Position numbers and translations under genes: made by a program
DNA from: Patescibacteria group bacterium
GTDB lineage: Bacteria; Patescibacteriota; Microgenomatia; UBA1406; GWC2-37-13
Assembly: GCA_046350875.1 (NCBI GenBank)
Contig: JAXLZQ010000003.1
Span: 37,579 to 101,578 of the forward strand
Length of the DNA: 64,000 nucleotides
Direction: 5' to 3'
Shown here: positions 35,251 to 44,654 of the stretch, one piece after another
Layout of the letters: every line of letters begins with the position of its first letter
How positions within the stretch are numbered: position 1 is the first letter of the stretch
The notes under the pieces: generated by a model
The model's database searches: none
What the model saw: the letters and a program-made list of their open reading frames with translations, nothing else
Told to the model about the DNA's origin: nothing

Positions 35251-37431
35251 TTAGTCTTTTGCCACCTTGTCTACTGAGAATCGCTCTAGTCGTTTGGCTA
35301 TTTCAGGGAATTTTGAAGCAGTATACTTGGGGAAGAATTCGCTTGCCATGCTTTGACTCTCATTCACAAGTGCAAAGTCAAAAAGTGACGCTACCTTGAG
35401 TCCATCGAGACCATGTTGCGCTGTTCCAAACATATCTCCAGGTCCTCGATGTCTGAAGTCATATTCGGCAAGATCCATCCCATTTGTGGTTTTTGCAAAA
35501 AATTTGAGTCTTTCAGTGATTGGAAAGTTGTCTGAAGTGAATAGTAGGCAATACGATTGCACGCTGTTCCTACCCACTCGTCCCCGAAGTTGGTGGAGCT
35601 GAGCCAGGCCATAGCGCTCAGATCCCTCAATGAGGATGATCGTGGCATTTGGGATATCAATCCCAACTTCAACTACTGTAGTTGAGATAAGAATGTGGAA
35701 TTCTTTATTTTTGAACTTTTCCATCACCTCATCTTTTTCTTTTGGTTTCATTTTGCCATGAAGCATGGCAATTTTTAGCTCGGGATAGATCTCTTTTTGA
35801 AGCTTCTCAAGCTCATCGGTCACATTTTTTAGAGTTTCTTTTGATTCTTTGTTACCCTCCTCTTCATCATTTTCGATGCGGGGACAAATGACAAATGCCT
35901 GACATCCAGTTTCTTTGATCTGTTTTCGAATCCACTCGTAAGCACCTTTTCGCTTCTCGGGAGGCGCCGCATACGTTTTGATCGGGATTCTTCCTGGAGG
36001 CATATCAGTGAGAACCGATAGATCCAGATCTCCAAATATCGAAAGTGCGAGTGTGCGTGGTATTGGGGTTGCGGTCATTGTAAGTAGGTGTGGCACCTCA
36101 GCTTTGGACTTCAGGATTGCTCTTTGGGCAACGCCAAATCGATGTTGCTCATCAATTACAATTAGTCCAACATTATCAAAAGCCCTGTCGTCAGTAAGTA
36201 ATGCGTGAGTCCCCACTACTATGTTGTAGTCTGTAACTTGTAGGATGTCATTCGATTTTGTTTTGTGTTTGCTTCTTGTATTTGATTTATAAGCTTCAAC
36301 TTCCCCCACTTCGCTCTGTGAGCTACGAGGGGCAGGCGAGTTTCGAGGTTTCTTTGATGTTTGTCCAGTCACAAGACCTACTTTTATTTCGCTACCTTCA
36401 AAAATTCTACTTAGGGTGCTGAAATGCTGGTTTGCCAGGATACTAGTTGGTGCCATGATTAGGACTTTTTTACCGTTTGCGATTGGTACAAGACTTGAGA
36501 TTGCTGCTATCACAGTCTTGCCTGATCCCACATCCCCCTGTACAAATCTATTCATTGGAACATTTTTTATCAAGTCATTTTTGATTTCATCAATTGCCTT
36601 TAGCTGCGAGTTTGTTAGCTTGAATGGAAGTTTTCCAAGCAAATCCTCAACGAGCTTTTTTGCTTTTTCATTATATTCAAACGGTTTGGTTAGTTTTTTC
36701 TCATGCCACGATTTTCTAACAAGTTGTCTGGATAAGTGAAGTAGAAATAACTCCTCCAGAGCAAACCTACGTCTTGCTGTTTCAGCGCTTTTTAGACTAT
36801 TTGGTAGATGCACCTGGATTAGCGATTCACCAATTGGTGGTAAATTGTGTTTTGTCACAATTTCTACAGGCATCCACTCAGGCATGCTTTTGGGGTCAGT
36901 CATTTCAAGCGCTGTGGTGATTTTGTCTCTGAGTGTTCGACTAGATAAATGCAGTTTCTCAGGATAAATGGGAACAATTTTCCCCGTGTGCCTAGTGTCT
37001 GAACTTTCTATATCAACAATCACTTCATATTCCTCTGGTTTAATAATAAGTTTTTTACCTCGTTTTTCTATTGTTCCAGCACAAGCTAAGCCATTATTTT
37101 CTTTTTGGAATTGTTTCACCAGATATGGTTGGTTATACCAAAAAGCTGTTATCTCACCTGTGCCATCTGATATTACGATTTCCTGGATTGACAAATTGCG
37201 TCTCACAAATCTGTTTTGAGCTTTTGTGACTTTGCCTTTTATGGTCAAGGTTTCCCCAGGTTGTGCAGATGAAATCTTACTAACTACAGAATAGTCTATA
37301 TACCTTCGTGGCAAATATGATATGAGGTCGCCAAGCGTTTCAATGCCAATGAGTTTCAGGCGTGAAATAGTTGAAGAGTGGGTTTTTGGCAGTATGGAAA
37401 TTGGAGTGTCTAGTGGCAGTGACATTCGCAA
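35251..37431 (-). CDS. recG: ATP-dependent DNA helicase RecG
   Basis: 726 aa with a wedge/OB N-domain, GDVGSGKT, DEQHRFG, MTATPIPRT and QLRGRVGR. Confidence 0.9.
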   Translation of the reverse strand: MRMSLPLDTPISILPKTHSSTISRLKLIGIETLGDLISYLPRRYIDYSVVSKISSAQPGETLTIKGKVTKAQNRFVRRNLSIQEIVISDGTGEITAFWYNQPYLVKQFQKENNGLACAGTIEKRGKKLIIKPEEYEVIVDIESSDTRHTGKIVPIYPEKLHLSSRTLRDKITTALEMTDPKSMPEWMPVEIVTKHNLPPIGESLIQVHLPNSLKSAETARRRFALEELFLLHLSRQLVRKSWHEKKLTKPFEYNEKAKKLVEDLLGKLPFKLTNSQLKAIDEIKNDLIKNVPMNRFVQGDVGSGKTVIAAISSLVPIANGKKVLIMAPTSILANQHFSTLSRIFEGSEIKVGLVTGQTSKKPRNSPAPRSSQSEVGEVEAYKSNTRSKHKTKSNDILQVTDYNIVVGTHALLTDDRAFDNVGLIVIDEQHRFGVAQRAILKSKAEVPHLLTMTATPIPRTLALSIFGDLDLSVLTDMPPGRIPIKTYAAPPEKRKGAYEWIRKQIKETGCQAFVICPRIENDEEEGNKESKETLKNVTDELEKLQKEIYPELKIAMLHGKMKPKEKDEVMEKFKNKEFHILISTTVVEVGIDIPNATIILIEGSERYGLAQLHQLRGRVGRNSVQSYCLLFTSDNFPITERLKFFAKTTNGMDLAEYDFRHRGPGDMFGTAQHGLDGLKVASLFDFALVNESQSMASEFFPKYTASKFPEIAKRLERFSVDKVAKD

Positions 37432-37489
37432 ATTATACTCATGAAAAATATATTGTGGATGTAAACACTTTTTGTTTATTGATTATTGT

Positions 37490-37795
37490 TTAGTTGTTTT
37501 TTGAACTTGGGCATGGAGCAAACTCACAATTGGGAGGAACTCTACCCACTCCAGTCCCATCGGGGCAAATCTTTGCGTCAGTTGTACAGAAAGTTGGTTC
37601 GTCTGGAGGTGGAGGGGTGATGATTGGTCGTGTTTCTTCAACCTTAAGAATTTGGGAGTTTTTGCCAAGCACAGCCATTAAAAGTATTCCAAGTGAAATC
37701 CCAAGAACAAAAACTATTGTTAGTGATATAAAAAATTTAGTTTTGTCTATTGCAAACCTGTTACTCAAATCTGCAGTGTTCGGATTTATAATCAT
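37490..37795 (-). CDS. Small membrane-anchored protein with a C-terminal Cys4 motif
   Basis: Likely start at MIINPN. One TM helix, a PPPP linker, then FCTTDAKICPDGTGVGRVPPNCEFAPCP. Confidence 0.45.
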   Translation of the reverse strand: MIINPNTADLSNRFAIDKTKFFISLTIVFVLGISLGILLMAVLGKNSQILKVEETRPIITPPPPDEPTFCTTDAKICPDGTGVGRVPPNCEFAPCPSSKNN

Positions 37796-38007
37796 TGAAA
37801 GACGTTGAATTTCTTGTTGAATGTTTATTTTTAATTGTGTATTGGTTGTATTATCTAAAATATGGTGCAAATGATGTCGCAAGTAGGATAAGGCAAACTA
37901 TGATGAGTATCGCCTTCCAAATTTTTTGCACCTTTTTTTTGGATTTAGCCATAAATATATTGTATACTTAAGTCTCTCAGAGTTCAATAACTTTCTAGTA
38001 ATTTAAT

Positions 38008-40458
38008 ATGAAAATTTTGGGAATGAAATTGGGTGGTCGGCGACGCGGGAAAGGATTATTCTCTGGTAATAAAAAATTCCTATACTACAAAATTGCAGCT
38101 CTTCTTGTATTGGGCGGATTGCTTTTTGGTATTCTTGGATTTTGGCTTCTCACAAAAGATCTTCCAGAGCCCGGAAAATTATCAGCTTCTCGTGCTGGAT
38201 CATTGGTGGTTCTTGATAAAGAAGGAAAAATAGTTCATCAGCTTTTCAAGGACAAACAACATTTGCAGGTAGCATCAGATGAGATACCAGATATTCTAAA
38301 AAAAGCGGTTGTGTCAATTGAAGACAAAGATTTTTATAAACATGGTGGTTTTGATCCGCTCACACTAATTCGCATACCTTTTAACTACATATTTCGAGGA
38401 GGGAGAGTTGTGGGAGGATCCACTCTCACGCAGCAACTTATCAAACAAGCATATCTTGATTCTAGTCGTACCCCAACTCGCAAGATCAAAGAATTTGTAT
38501 TGGCAGTAGAGATTGAAAAAAAACTTACAAAAGATGAAATATTGACTGAATATCTCAATATTAATCCATATGGCGGTACATATGAAGGAATAGGCGCAGC
38601 TGCAAGAGGTTATTTTGACAAAGATGTCTCAGAACTCGACCTTTTAGAGTCGGCGATATTAGCAGGTATACCTCAAGCTCCATCAGTTTATTCTCCTTTT
38701 ATAGGTGTTAAAGACGCATGGAAAGATAGAACCAAAGAAGTCTTAAGAAGGATGAAAGAAGACAAATATATATCAGACAAAGAATATGAAGATGCAGTCA
38801 AACAAATGGCAGGATTCAAATTTGCCAATAGAGAAGTTTCTATAAGAGCACCACATTTCGTATTTTATGTGCAAGAACAGGCTCAGAAACTAGTGGGTGC
38901 TGACGCAATGAAGCAGGGAGTTGTCATAAAAACCACCCTTGACACAAAGTTGCAAAAACAAGCTGAAGAAATTGTTTATGATGAAATAAAATCACTGAAA
39001 GGATACAATGTGGGTAATGGCGCTGCGCTAGTTCTTGACACCAAGACAGGCGAGATACTGTCAATGGTTGGTAGCTATGATTTTACAGATGAGAAATTCG
39101 GCAAATTCAATGTTGTAGCAGACGAAGCAGCTCTGCGACAGCCAGGCTCCACGCTCAAACCTCTACTTGTAGCATCAGCTCTCGACAAAAAAATTATCAC
39201 TGCGTCAAGCGTCATCATGGATGTAAAAACATCATTTCCGGTAGTAAACCAAGCAGATTATGAACCAGTGAATTATGACGGAAAGTTCCGTGGACCTGTC
39301 CAAATACGATTCGCACTTGCAAACTCCCTCAATATTCCAATGGTAAAACTTATGGCTCAATTTGGGCTAAAAGATTTCCTTACAAAAATGCAAGAATATG
39401 GCATAGAGAGTCTCGCTCCAACCCAAGCCAATCTTGCAAGACTCGGACTTTCTGTGTCTTTGGGAGGTGGGGATATTAGGATGACTGAGCTTGGTTCTGC
39501 ATATCTTGCACTCGCAAGAGGTGGGTCCACAATTGATATGACAGCAATAGTCGAAATAAGAGATAATAGTGGCAAACTGCTTTATAAAAGGCCGGAGCAA
39601 AAAATTAAAAAAGTAATGTCAAAAGAAGCCGCATTTATTGTTTCACACATACTTTCAGATAATATTGCGAGATCTGAAACATTTGGAACAAACTCACTCC
39701 TTCAAATTCCAGGAAAAACAGTAGCTGTAAAAACAGGTACCACAAATGACAAAAGGGACAACTGGGCGGTCGGATTTACAAATGGGGTAGTTGTCATATC
39801 TTGGGTTGGAAACAACGACAACACTCCCATGAACCAAAAGATTGCATCAGGAATCACAGGAGCCTCCCCTATTTGGAACAAAATTATGAAAGAAGCTTTG
39901 AAGTCATATCCTGATGGCATAATAGAAAAACCAAATGACGTAAATGCTTTGGAAATAGATTCATTTGCAGGTGGAAAAGTGAAAGATGACTCACGCAAAA
40001 GATCAGAATACTTCATAAAAGATACAGAGCCAAAGGAAGTCTCTGGTATTTATCAAAAGATAAAGATTTCAAAAAACCAGTCAGGAAAAAGAGCTAATGA
40101 CAAAGAGATTCAAACGGGTCAATTTGATGAAAAAGATTTCTATGTGTTTACAGAAAATGATCCTGTTAGCACAGACGGTCGGAATCGTTGGCAGGAGGGT
40201 ATCGATAATTGGGCCAAAGATCAAGGAGATGATAAATACAAAGTGCCAAAGGAAACTTCAGATCAAAAGATAGATGTGGCGCCCACATCGGCTCCAACAA
40301 ATACGCCAGAACCAAACAAACCAAACCCGACAGCAACTCCAACTAATGCTGCACAACCAACACCAACCACTCCTCCCCCAACATCTGCACCAACTAGCAC
40401 CAGCACCCCAACGTCTGCCCCATCCCCAACAAGTGGAAATACAGGTAATAATAATTAA
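38008..40458 (+). CDS. Class A penicillin-binding protein (PBP1A-type transglycosylase/transpeptidase) with a Pro/Thr-rich tail
   Basis: 816 aa with GT51 motifs (SIEDKDFYKHGG, GGSTLTQQ), transpeptidase motifs (STLKP, KTGT) and a C-terminal PT-rich low-complexity region. Confidence 0.9.
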   Translation: MKILGMKLGGRRRGKGLFSGNKKFLYYKIAALLVLGGLLFGILGFWLLTKDLPEPGKLSASRAGSLVVLDKEGKIVHQLFKDKQHLQVASDEIPDILKKAVVSIEDKDFYKHGGFDPLTLIRIPFNYIFRGGRVVGGSTLTQQLIKQAYLDSSRTPTRKIKEFVLAVEIEKKLTKDEILTEYLNINPYGGTYEGIGAAARGYFDKDVSELDLLESAILAGIPQAPSVYSPFIGVKDAWKDRTKEVLRRMKEDKYISDKEYEDAVKQMAGFKFANREVSIRAPHFVFYVQEQAQKLVGADAMKQGVVIKTTLDTKLQKQAEEIVYDEIKSLKGYNVGNGAALVLDTKTGEILSMVGSYDFTDEKFGKFNVVADEAALRQPGSTLKPLLVASALDKKIITASSVIMDVKTSFPVVNQADYEPVNYDGKFRGPVQIRFALANSLNIPMVKLMAQFGLKDFLTKMQEYGIESLAPTQANLARLGLSVSLGGGDIRMTELGSAYLALARGGSTIDMTAIVEIRDNSGKLLYKRPEQKIKKVMSKEAAFIVSHILSDNIARSETFGTNSLLQIPGKTVAVKTGTTNDKRDNWAVGFTNGVVVISWVGNNDNTPMNQKIASGITGASPIWNKIMKEALKSYPDGIIEKPNDVNALEIDSFAGGKVKDDSRKRSEYFIKDTEPKEVSGIYQKIKISKNQSGKRANDKEIQTGQFDEKDFYVFTENDPVSTDGRNRWQEGIDNWAKDQGDDKYKVPKETSDQKIDVAPTSAPTNTPEPNKPNPTATPTNAAQPTPTTPPPTSAPTSTSTPTSAPSPTSGNTGNNN

Positions 40459-40463
40459 TCAGC

Positions 40464-41330
40464 TTATGGTTGGGAATTTAGGTAGTAGTCAAAAGCAGGA
40501 TCTATAACCCTAATTGATATGCTTTTTTCGAATTTTTCTGGCAGGTAAAGTTCAAGTAACTTATTTATATATGTGAAGCGCTTGTCTGATATTGTGCAAT
40601 GGTTGATGAAGGTGGCGTAATTTTTCATTTTAACCTGACTTGATATTTCATTTAGTAAAATTCTCAAAACAGGTCTCACAGCTTCAGCAACTTCATGATA
40701 CGTCAGGTATCTTTTGGCATTTGTATTATTGATTTTATACTTAATTACTTTTTTGCCAACTTTATTTTCTGCTATCGAAAAATGGCTGTTCAAAATTTCA
40801 AATAATACATCATCTTCAAATTCAACATGATATTTATTCTGTACGAATTGCCTTAGTGCCGCTTCTATAAAAAATGGAGAAACTCGCATATATTTATGCT
40901 GATTTTCATTGCAAAAGATGATTTCATTGCGATATATCAAAAATCTTTCCTCAGATAATTTAGGTTTCTGGGTAAGGTGACAAGAAAAATTTACATAGTC
41001 AAATCCAAAATTATGAAATACGCTAGTGATAATGTCTTTTTGCAAAAAATTGCAAGGCCTCCTACTTATAATATCTAGTGTTCTAAATTCAAAAGGGTTA
41101 ATCGTTTGTAGTGTATTTTTCGACTCAACTAAATTTAGTTTATTTGAAATGTATGTAGCGAATTCAGTATAGTTCTTCACCATACCATTTATTACTAGGT
41201 TTTTGTTGGTATATTTATCGAAAGTATTTACTAATACCTTATTTTGTCTAAGTAATTGAAGCGATATGACATTGTCTGTACCTATATCTACGCAAACTTT
41301 ATTCTTGATTATTATTTTCTTCAGAAACAT
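40464..41330 (-). CDS. Hypothetical protein (N-terminus resembles the first phosphate loop of actin-like ATPases such as PilM/FtsA)
   Basis: 288 aa. VCVDIGTDNVISLQL resembles the DIGT phosphate-1 motif. The rest is unrecognised. Confidence 0.3.
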   Translation of the reverse strand: MFLKKIIIKNKVCVDIGTDNVISLQLLRQNKVLVNTFDKYTNKNLVINGMVKNYTEFATYISNKLNLVESKNTLQTINPFEFRTLDIISRRPCNFLQKDIITSVFHNFGFDYVNFSCHLTQKPKLSEERFLIYRNEIIFCNENQHKYMRVSPFFIEAALRQFVQNKYHVEFEDDVLFEILNSHFSIAENKVGKKVIKYKINNTNAKRYLTYHEVAEAVRPVLRILLNEISSQVKMKNYATFINHCTISDKRFTYINKLLELYLPEKFEKSISIRVIDPAFDYYLNSQP

Positions 41331-41380
41331 AATGTAGGTTGGTAAAAATTAGAGCAAATAATGAAATGTAAAAGTATATA

Positions 41381-43192
41381 ATGCAATATTCAAATAGTAT
41401 GTATAGAAAAATATTGATATCACTATTTAGTGCGCTATTCCTTTTTACTCCCCTTATTTTAACTTCTTTCACCTCTGAAATGTTTGAGATACCAAAGATG
41501 CTATTTGTTTATTTTATAACTGGTCTTATTGTTGCGGCATACATCATTTATATAATCATTCATAAAAAAAGAATACAATTTGGTGCTGGTCACTTTTTGC
41601 TACTTCTATTTGTAGTTAGTCAATTATTGTCATGGGCATTTTCGATAGACAAACACACTTCAATGTTTGGATATTATGGAAGATTCAATGGAGGCTTCCT
41701 TTCCACTTTAGTATTTGCTGCATTGATGTTTATTAGCTCTCAAATATTTGATAAAAGAATTTTTAGCATTTTAATAAATGTAAGTATAGTTGCAAGCATC
41801 TTTGTTTTGCTTTGGGGATTGCCAGGAAGATTTTTTGGGGTTGACATGTCATGTGTTTATTTCAGATGGGATTTTTCCACTTCTTGTTGGACCAACGAGT
41901 TTCGGCCTGCTGAGAGAATGTTTTCCACTCTAGGTCAACCCAACTGGCTTGGAGCTTTTTTCTCGCTCCACTTTTTTTATGGGCTATATATGGCTTGGCA
42001 GCGTTATAGTGAAAAATTACAGAAACAAAAACTCATTCTTTATGCGTACATAGCTTATTCAATATTAATGTTGTGGTCAGTGACATTAACTGGGTCTCGA
42101 TCTTCATTGTTGGGAATTTTGTTGCCAACTGTAGTTGAGCTATTAATATATCTATATCGAAAACTTAATAAAAGAATTTTTATTGGCACAGTTACAATAT
42201 TCGCTGTTTTAGTACTTGCCATAACTACATATTATGCAATAAGTATTTATCAGCAAAATGATCCAAATGGCATAACTCATTCTGGAAAGATCAGACTAAT
42301 AGTTTGGGAAGGTGCAATTAAACTTGCCACAAAATACCCATTATTTGGGACAGGACCTGAAACATTTGCTTACTCTTATTACCTTACTAGACCCGACGCT
42401 CACAATTACACAAGTGAAAAAGATTTTATTTACAATAAAGCTCACAATGAAGTATTGAATATGCTTGCTACGACTGGTTTTGTTGGATTGACTGCTTACC
42501 TTCTACTTTTTGGTTTTGTAGTCTATAGCTTATTACGCATGTATCTTACTCAAAGAATAGTGGCTTATATGCTAATAAGTATCTTTACTCTGAACTTTTT
42601 TGGGTTTTCTACTAGCACATCTCAGATTGCATTGTATACATTGATGGGATATGGTTTTTATGAGATCTATAGTAATAAAATGTCATGGTCCAAAAAATTG
42701 GAGGTTCAGAAATTAAATAAATTTATTCTAAGCTCTATATCTTCTATCGTGGTATTATCACTGCTCTTATATCTTGCATTTTTGCGAAATTATTTAGTTG
42801 GAGATATTTTGTATGCTCAGTCGCAGGCGTATTTTGAGTCAAGCTCCCCTGTCAAAGCCATAACAAACTGCATGGATGCAGTAAATACTAAATTCGAGCA
42901 CATATATGCAGACAGATGTGCCTCAATGTCTGCTGCAACGGCCTCTTTATTAAAAGATGCTGAATCAGAAGAGCTTGTTGATTATCGCAAATCACTCATT
43001 TCGCTTGCAAATACATTTAGTGCTATTGCATTGAGCTCATCACCACAAAATCCAATATATATCAGAAGTCGAATCAAAGTAATTAACATATTAATGACTT
43101 TAGATAAAAGTAAAGATTATAAGCAAGAAAAAATTAAATTAAATGCTCTATACCGTAAGCTAGCTCCAACCGATCATCAGAAATTTGACTAG
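41381..43192 (+). CDS. O-antigen ligase/Wzy_C-family membrane protein with a helical-repeat C-terminal domain
   Basis: 603 aa with more than 10 TM helices and the motifs LTGSRSS and KAHNEVLNMLATTGFVG, typical of Wzy_C. Confidence 0.7.
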   Translation: MQYSNSMYRKILISLFSALFLFTPLILTSFTSEMFEIPKMLFVYFITGLIVAAYIIYIIIHKKRIQFGAGHFLLLLFVVSQLLSWAFSIDKHTSMFGYYGRFNGGFLSTLVFAALMFISSQIFDKRIFSILINVSIVASIFVLLWGLPGRFFGVDMSCVYFRWDFSTSCWTNEFRPAERMFSTLGQPNWLGAFFSLHFFYGLYMAWQRYSEKLQKQKLILYAYIAYSILMLWSVTLTGSRSSLLGILLPTVVELLIYLYRKLNKRIFIGTVTIFAVLVLAITTYYAISIYQQNDPNGITHSGKIRLIVWEGAIKLATKYPLFGTGPETFAYSYYLTRPDAHNYTSEKDFIYNKAHNEVLNMLATTGFVGLTAYLLLFGFVVYSLLRMYLTQRIVAYMLISIFTLNFFGFSTSTSQIALYTLMGYGFYEIYSNKMSWSKKLEVQKLNKFILSSISSIVVLSLLLYLAFLRNYLVGDILYAQSQAYFESSSPVKAITNCMDAVNTKFEHIYADRCASMSAATASLLKDAESEELVDYRKSLISLANTFSAIALSSSPQNPIYIRSRIKVINILMTLDKSKDYKQEKIKLNALYRKLAPTDHQKFD

Positions 43193-43440
43193 AAAGGAAG
43201 GTAAAAAGCTTAGAAACATAGAAGTGCAAATGGTTACAGAAAATGGCCAAACTGCTGATATATTAATCTTCTCAAGCAGATTTAATCCCTATCTAATACT
43301 TTTAACGGTCATTGAATAGGATTAGAGTCACTGCTATTTTAATATTTTCTATTATATATTTATTTCTCGGTGAATATCCTTTCTTGATTTAATGATGATA
43401 AGTATTATAACTTTTTATGGCACTAAGCTTTCAATTTGTT

Positions 43441-43467
43441 ACAAAAAACCCGCTCATACGAGCGGGT
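43441..43467 (-). terminator. Rho-independent terminator of the pilin operon
   Basis: On the minus strand, ACCCGCTC-gtat-GAGCGGGT is followed by TTTTTTGT, 19 nt past the pilin stop. Confidence 0.7.
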
Positions 43468-43485
43468 AGTAATTTTCTATTAGAT

Positions 43486-44010
43486 TTATTGTGCACACCA
43501 CACACAATTAGGATCATTACTTGCTCCTCCAGGACAACTTGTTGCATCAGGAATAGTTGGCATAACAACTCCAGGTGCTCCATTTACAAATCCCATAGAA
43601 TTTGCTTGATGGAATTGCTTGGATTGTGGTCTATAACAGGTCATGATGGTGCCTGTATTTCCTACTCTATAGATGCCGATCTTATTTAGTGTTGAGTCGC
43701 CACCTGCAGAATTAACAAAATTTGCTTTCAGCTCTCCAGGGGTCACAAGTAGATTCACAAATCCAGCTGATCCTGTGATGTTCAAATCAGAATTTGGAGT
43801 GCTAAGTGGGTCAGGATAGGTTTCTTTAGCTGCGTTGTATCTCAAGAGTGCATTGTGGATTTCCATCACTGTGTTTCTCGTTGCCGTGTCTCTTGCTTTG
43901 TTGAACTGTTCCACCGGATCGAGTGCGGCAAGCAGTGCCACAGCAAGTAGCGAAAGGATTGTGATGCCGATAATAAGCTCAATGAGCGTGAAACCTTTTA
44001 TTTTATTCAT
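43486..44010 (-). CDS. Type IV pilin (prepilin-type N-terminal methylation motif), paralog 2
   Basis: Start at MNKIKGFTLIELIIGITIL, giving a class III signal peptide G|FTLIE. The C-terminus has Cys...CVWCAQ. Confidence 0.8.
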   Translation of the reverse strand: MNKIKGFTLIELIIGITILSLLAVALLAALDPVEQFNKARDTATRNTVMEIHNALLRYNAAKETYPDPLSTPNSDLNITGSAGFVNLLVTPGELKANFVNSAGGDSTLNKIGIYRVGNTGTIMTCYRPQSKQFHQANSMGFVNGAPGVVMPTIPDATSCPGGASNDPNCVWCAQ

Positions 44011-44045
44011 ATTAAAATAATTATAATTAAAATTGTAAATAAATT

Positions 44046-44561
44046 TTATTCTGCACACCAAATACATCCAACACCAGACGTGCATGTCCCAGGTGATGCC
44101 GGAAACGTACTTGGTAACAGATAATTATTATTTGCAGCTGGAGTTATTACATAATTATTTTTGCCTTGTAAAAATTGTTTAGAGCTTGGTCGATAACAGG
44201 TTTTGACACCTGCAGCAGTTCCATCTGCACTAAATATACTTATCTGATTAATGGAAGATCCTGCAGAATTTTTGAAATTAGTTTTTAATTCACCTGCTGC
44301 TACAAGCTCAGCTATGACTGTAGGGATAATTGAAGGATTTACTATGCTTGGAACAAGACTTGGTAAAGTGTCTTTAGCAGCATTGTAACGAAGAATTCCA
44401 TTATGTATCTCCATTGCAGTGTTTCTCGTCGCCGTGTCTCTTGCTTTGTTGAACTGTTCCACAGGATCAAGTGCGGCAAGCAATGCCACAGCAAGCAGTG
44501 AAAGGATTGTTATACCGATTATAAGCTCTATGAGTGTGAAACCGGCGATTTTTTTCTGCAT
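44046..44561 (-). CDS. Type IV pilin (prepilin-type N-terminal methylation motif), paralog 1
   Basis: MQKKIAGFTLIELIIGITIL with C-terminal CTSGVGCIWCAE. It shares an identical 42-residue run with paralog 2. Confidence 0.8.
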   Translation of the reverse strand: MQKKIAGFTLIELIIGITILSLLAVALLAALDPVEQFNKARDTATRNTAMEIHNGILRYNAAKDTLPSLVPSIVNPSIIPTVIAELVAAGELKTNFKNSAGSSINQISIFSADGTAAGVKTCYRPSSKQFLQGKNNYVITPAANNNYLLPSTFPASPGTCTSGVGCIWCAE

Positions 44562-44591
44562 ATATTAGCTTGTAAATTGACGAGTTAATTC

Positions 44592-44620
44592 ATTATTGAA
44601 CAATTTTTGATACTTGTCAA
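44592..44620 (-). promoter_or_regulatory. Sigma70-type promoter of the pilin genes
   Basis: On the minus strand, TTGACA, 17 nt, AATAAT, about 30 nt upstream of the ATG at 44561. Confidence 0.55.
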
Positions 44621-44654
44621 TGGATAGATGAAATTGTTAGGATGACTTAATCAT

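Noticed and set aside
37855-37953. A 33-aa minus-strand ORF (MAKSKKKVQKIWKAILIIVCLILLATSFAPYFR) upstream of the small Cys4 protein
   Set aside because: It is a plausible TM micro-protein or the displaced N-terminus of the downstream gene. It is too short to support without homologs or expression data.
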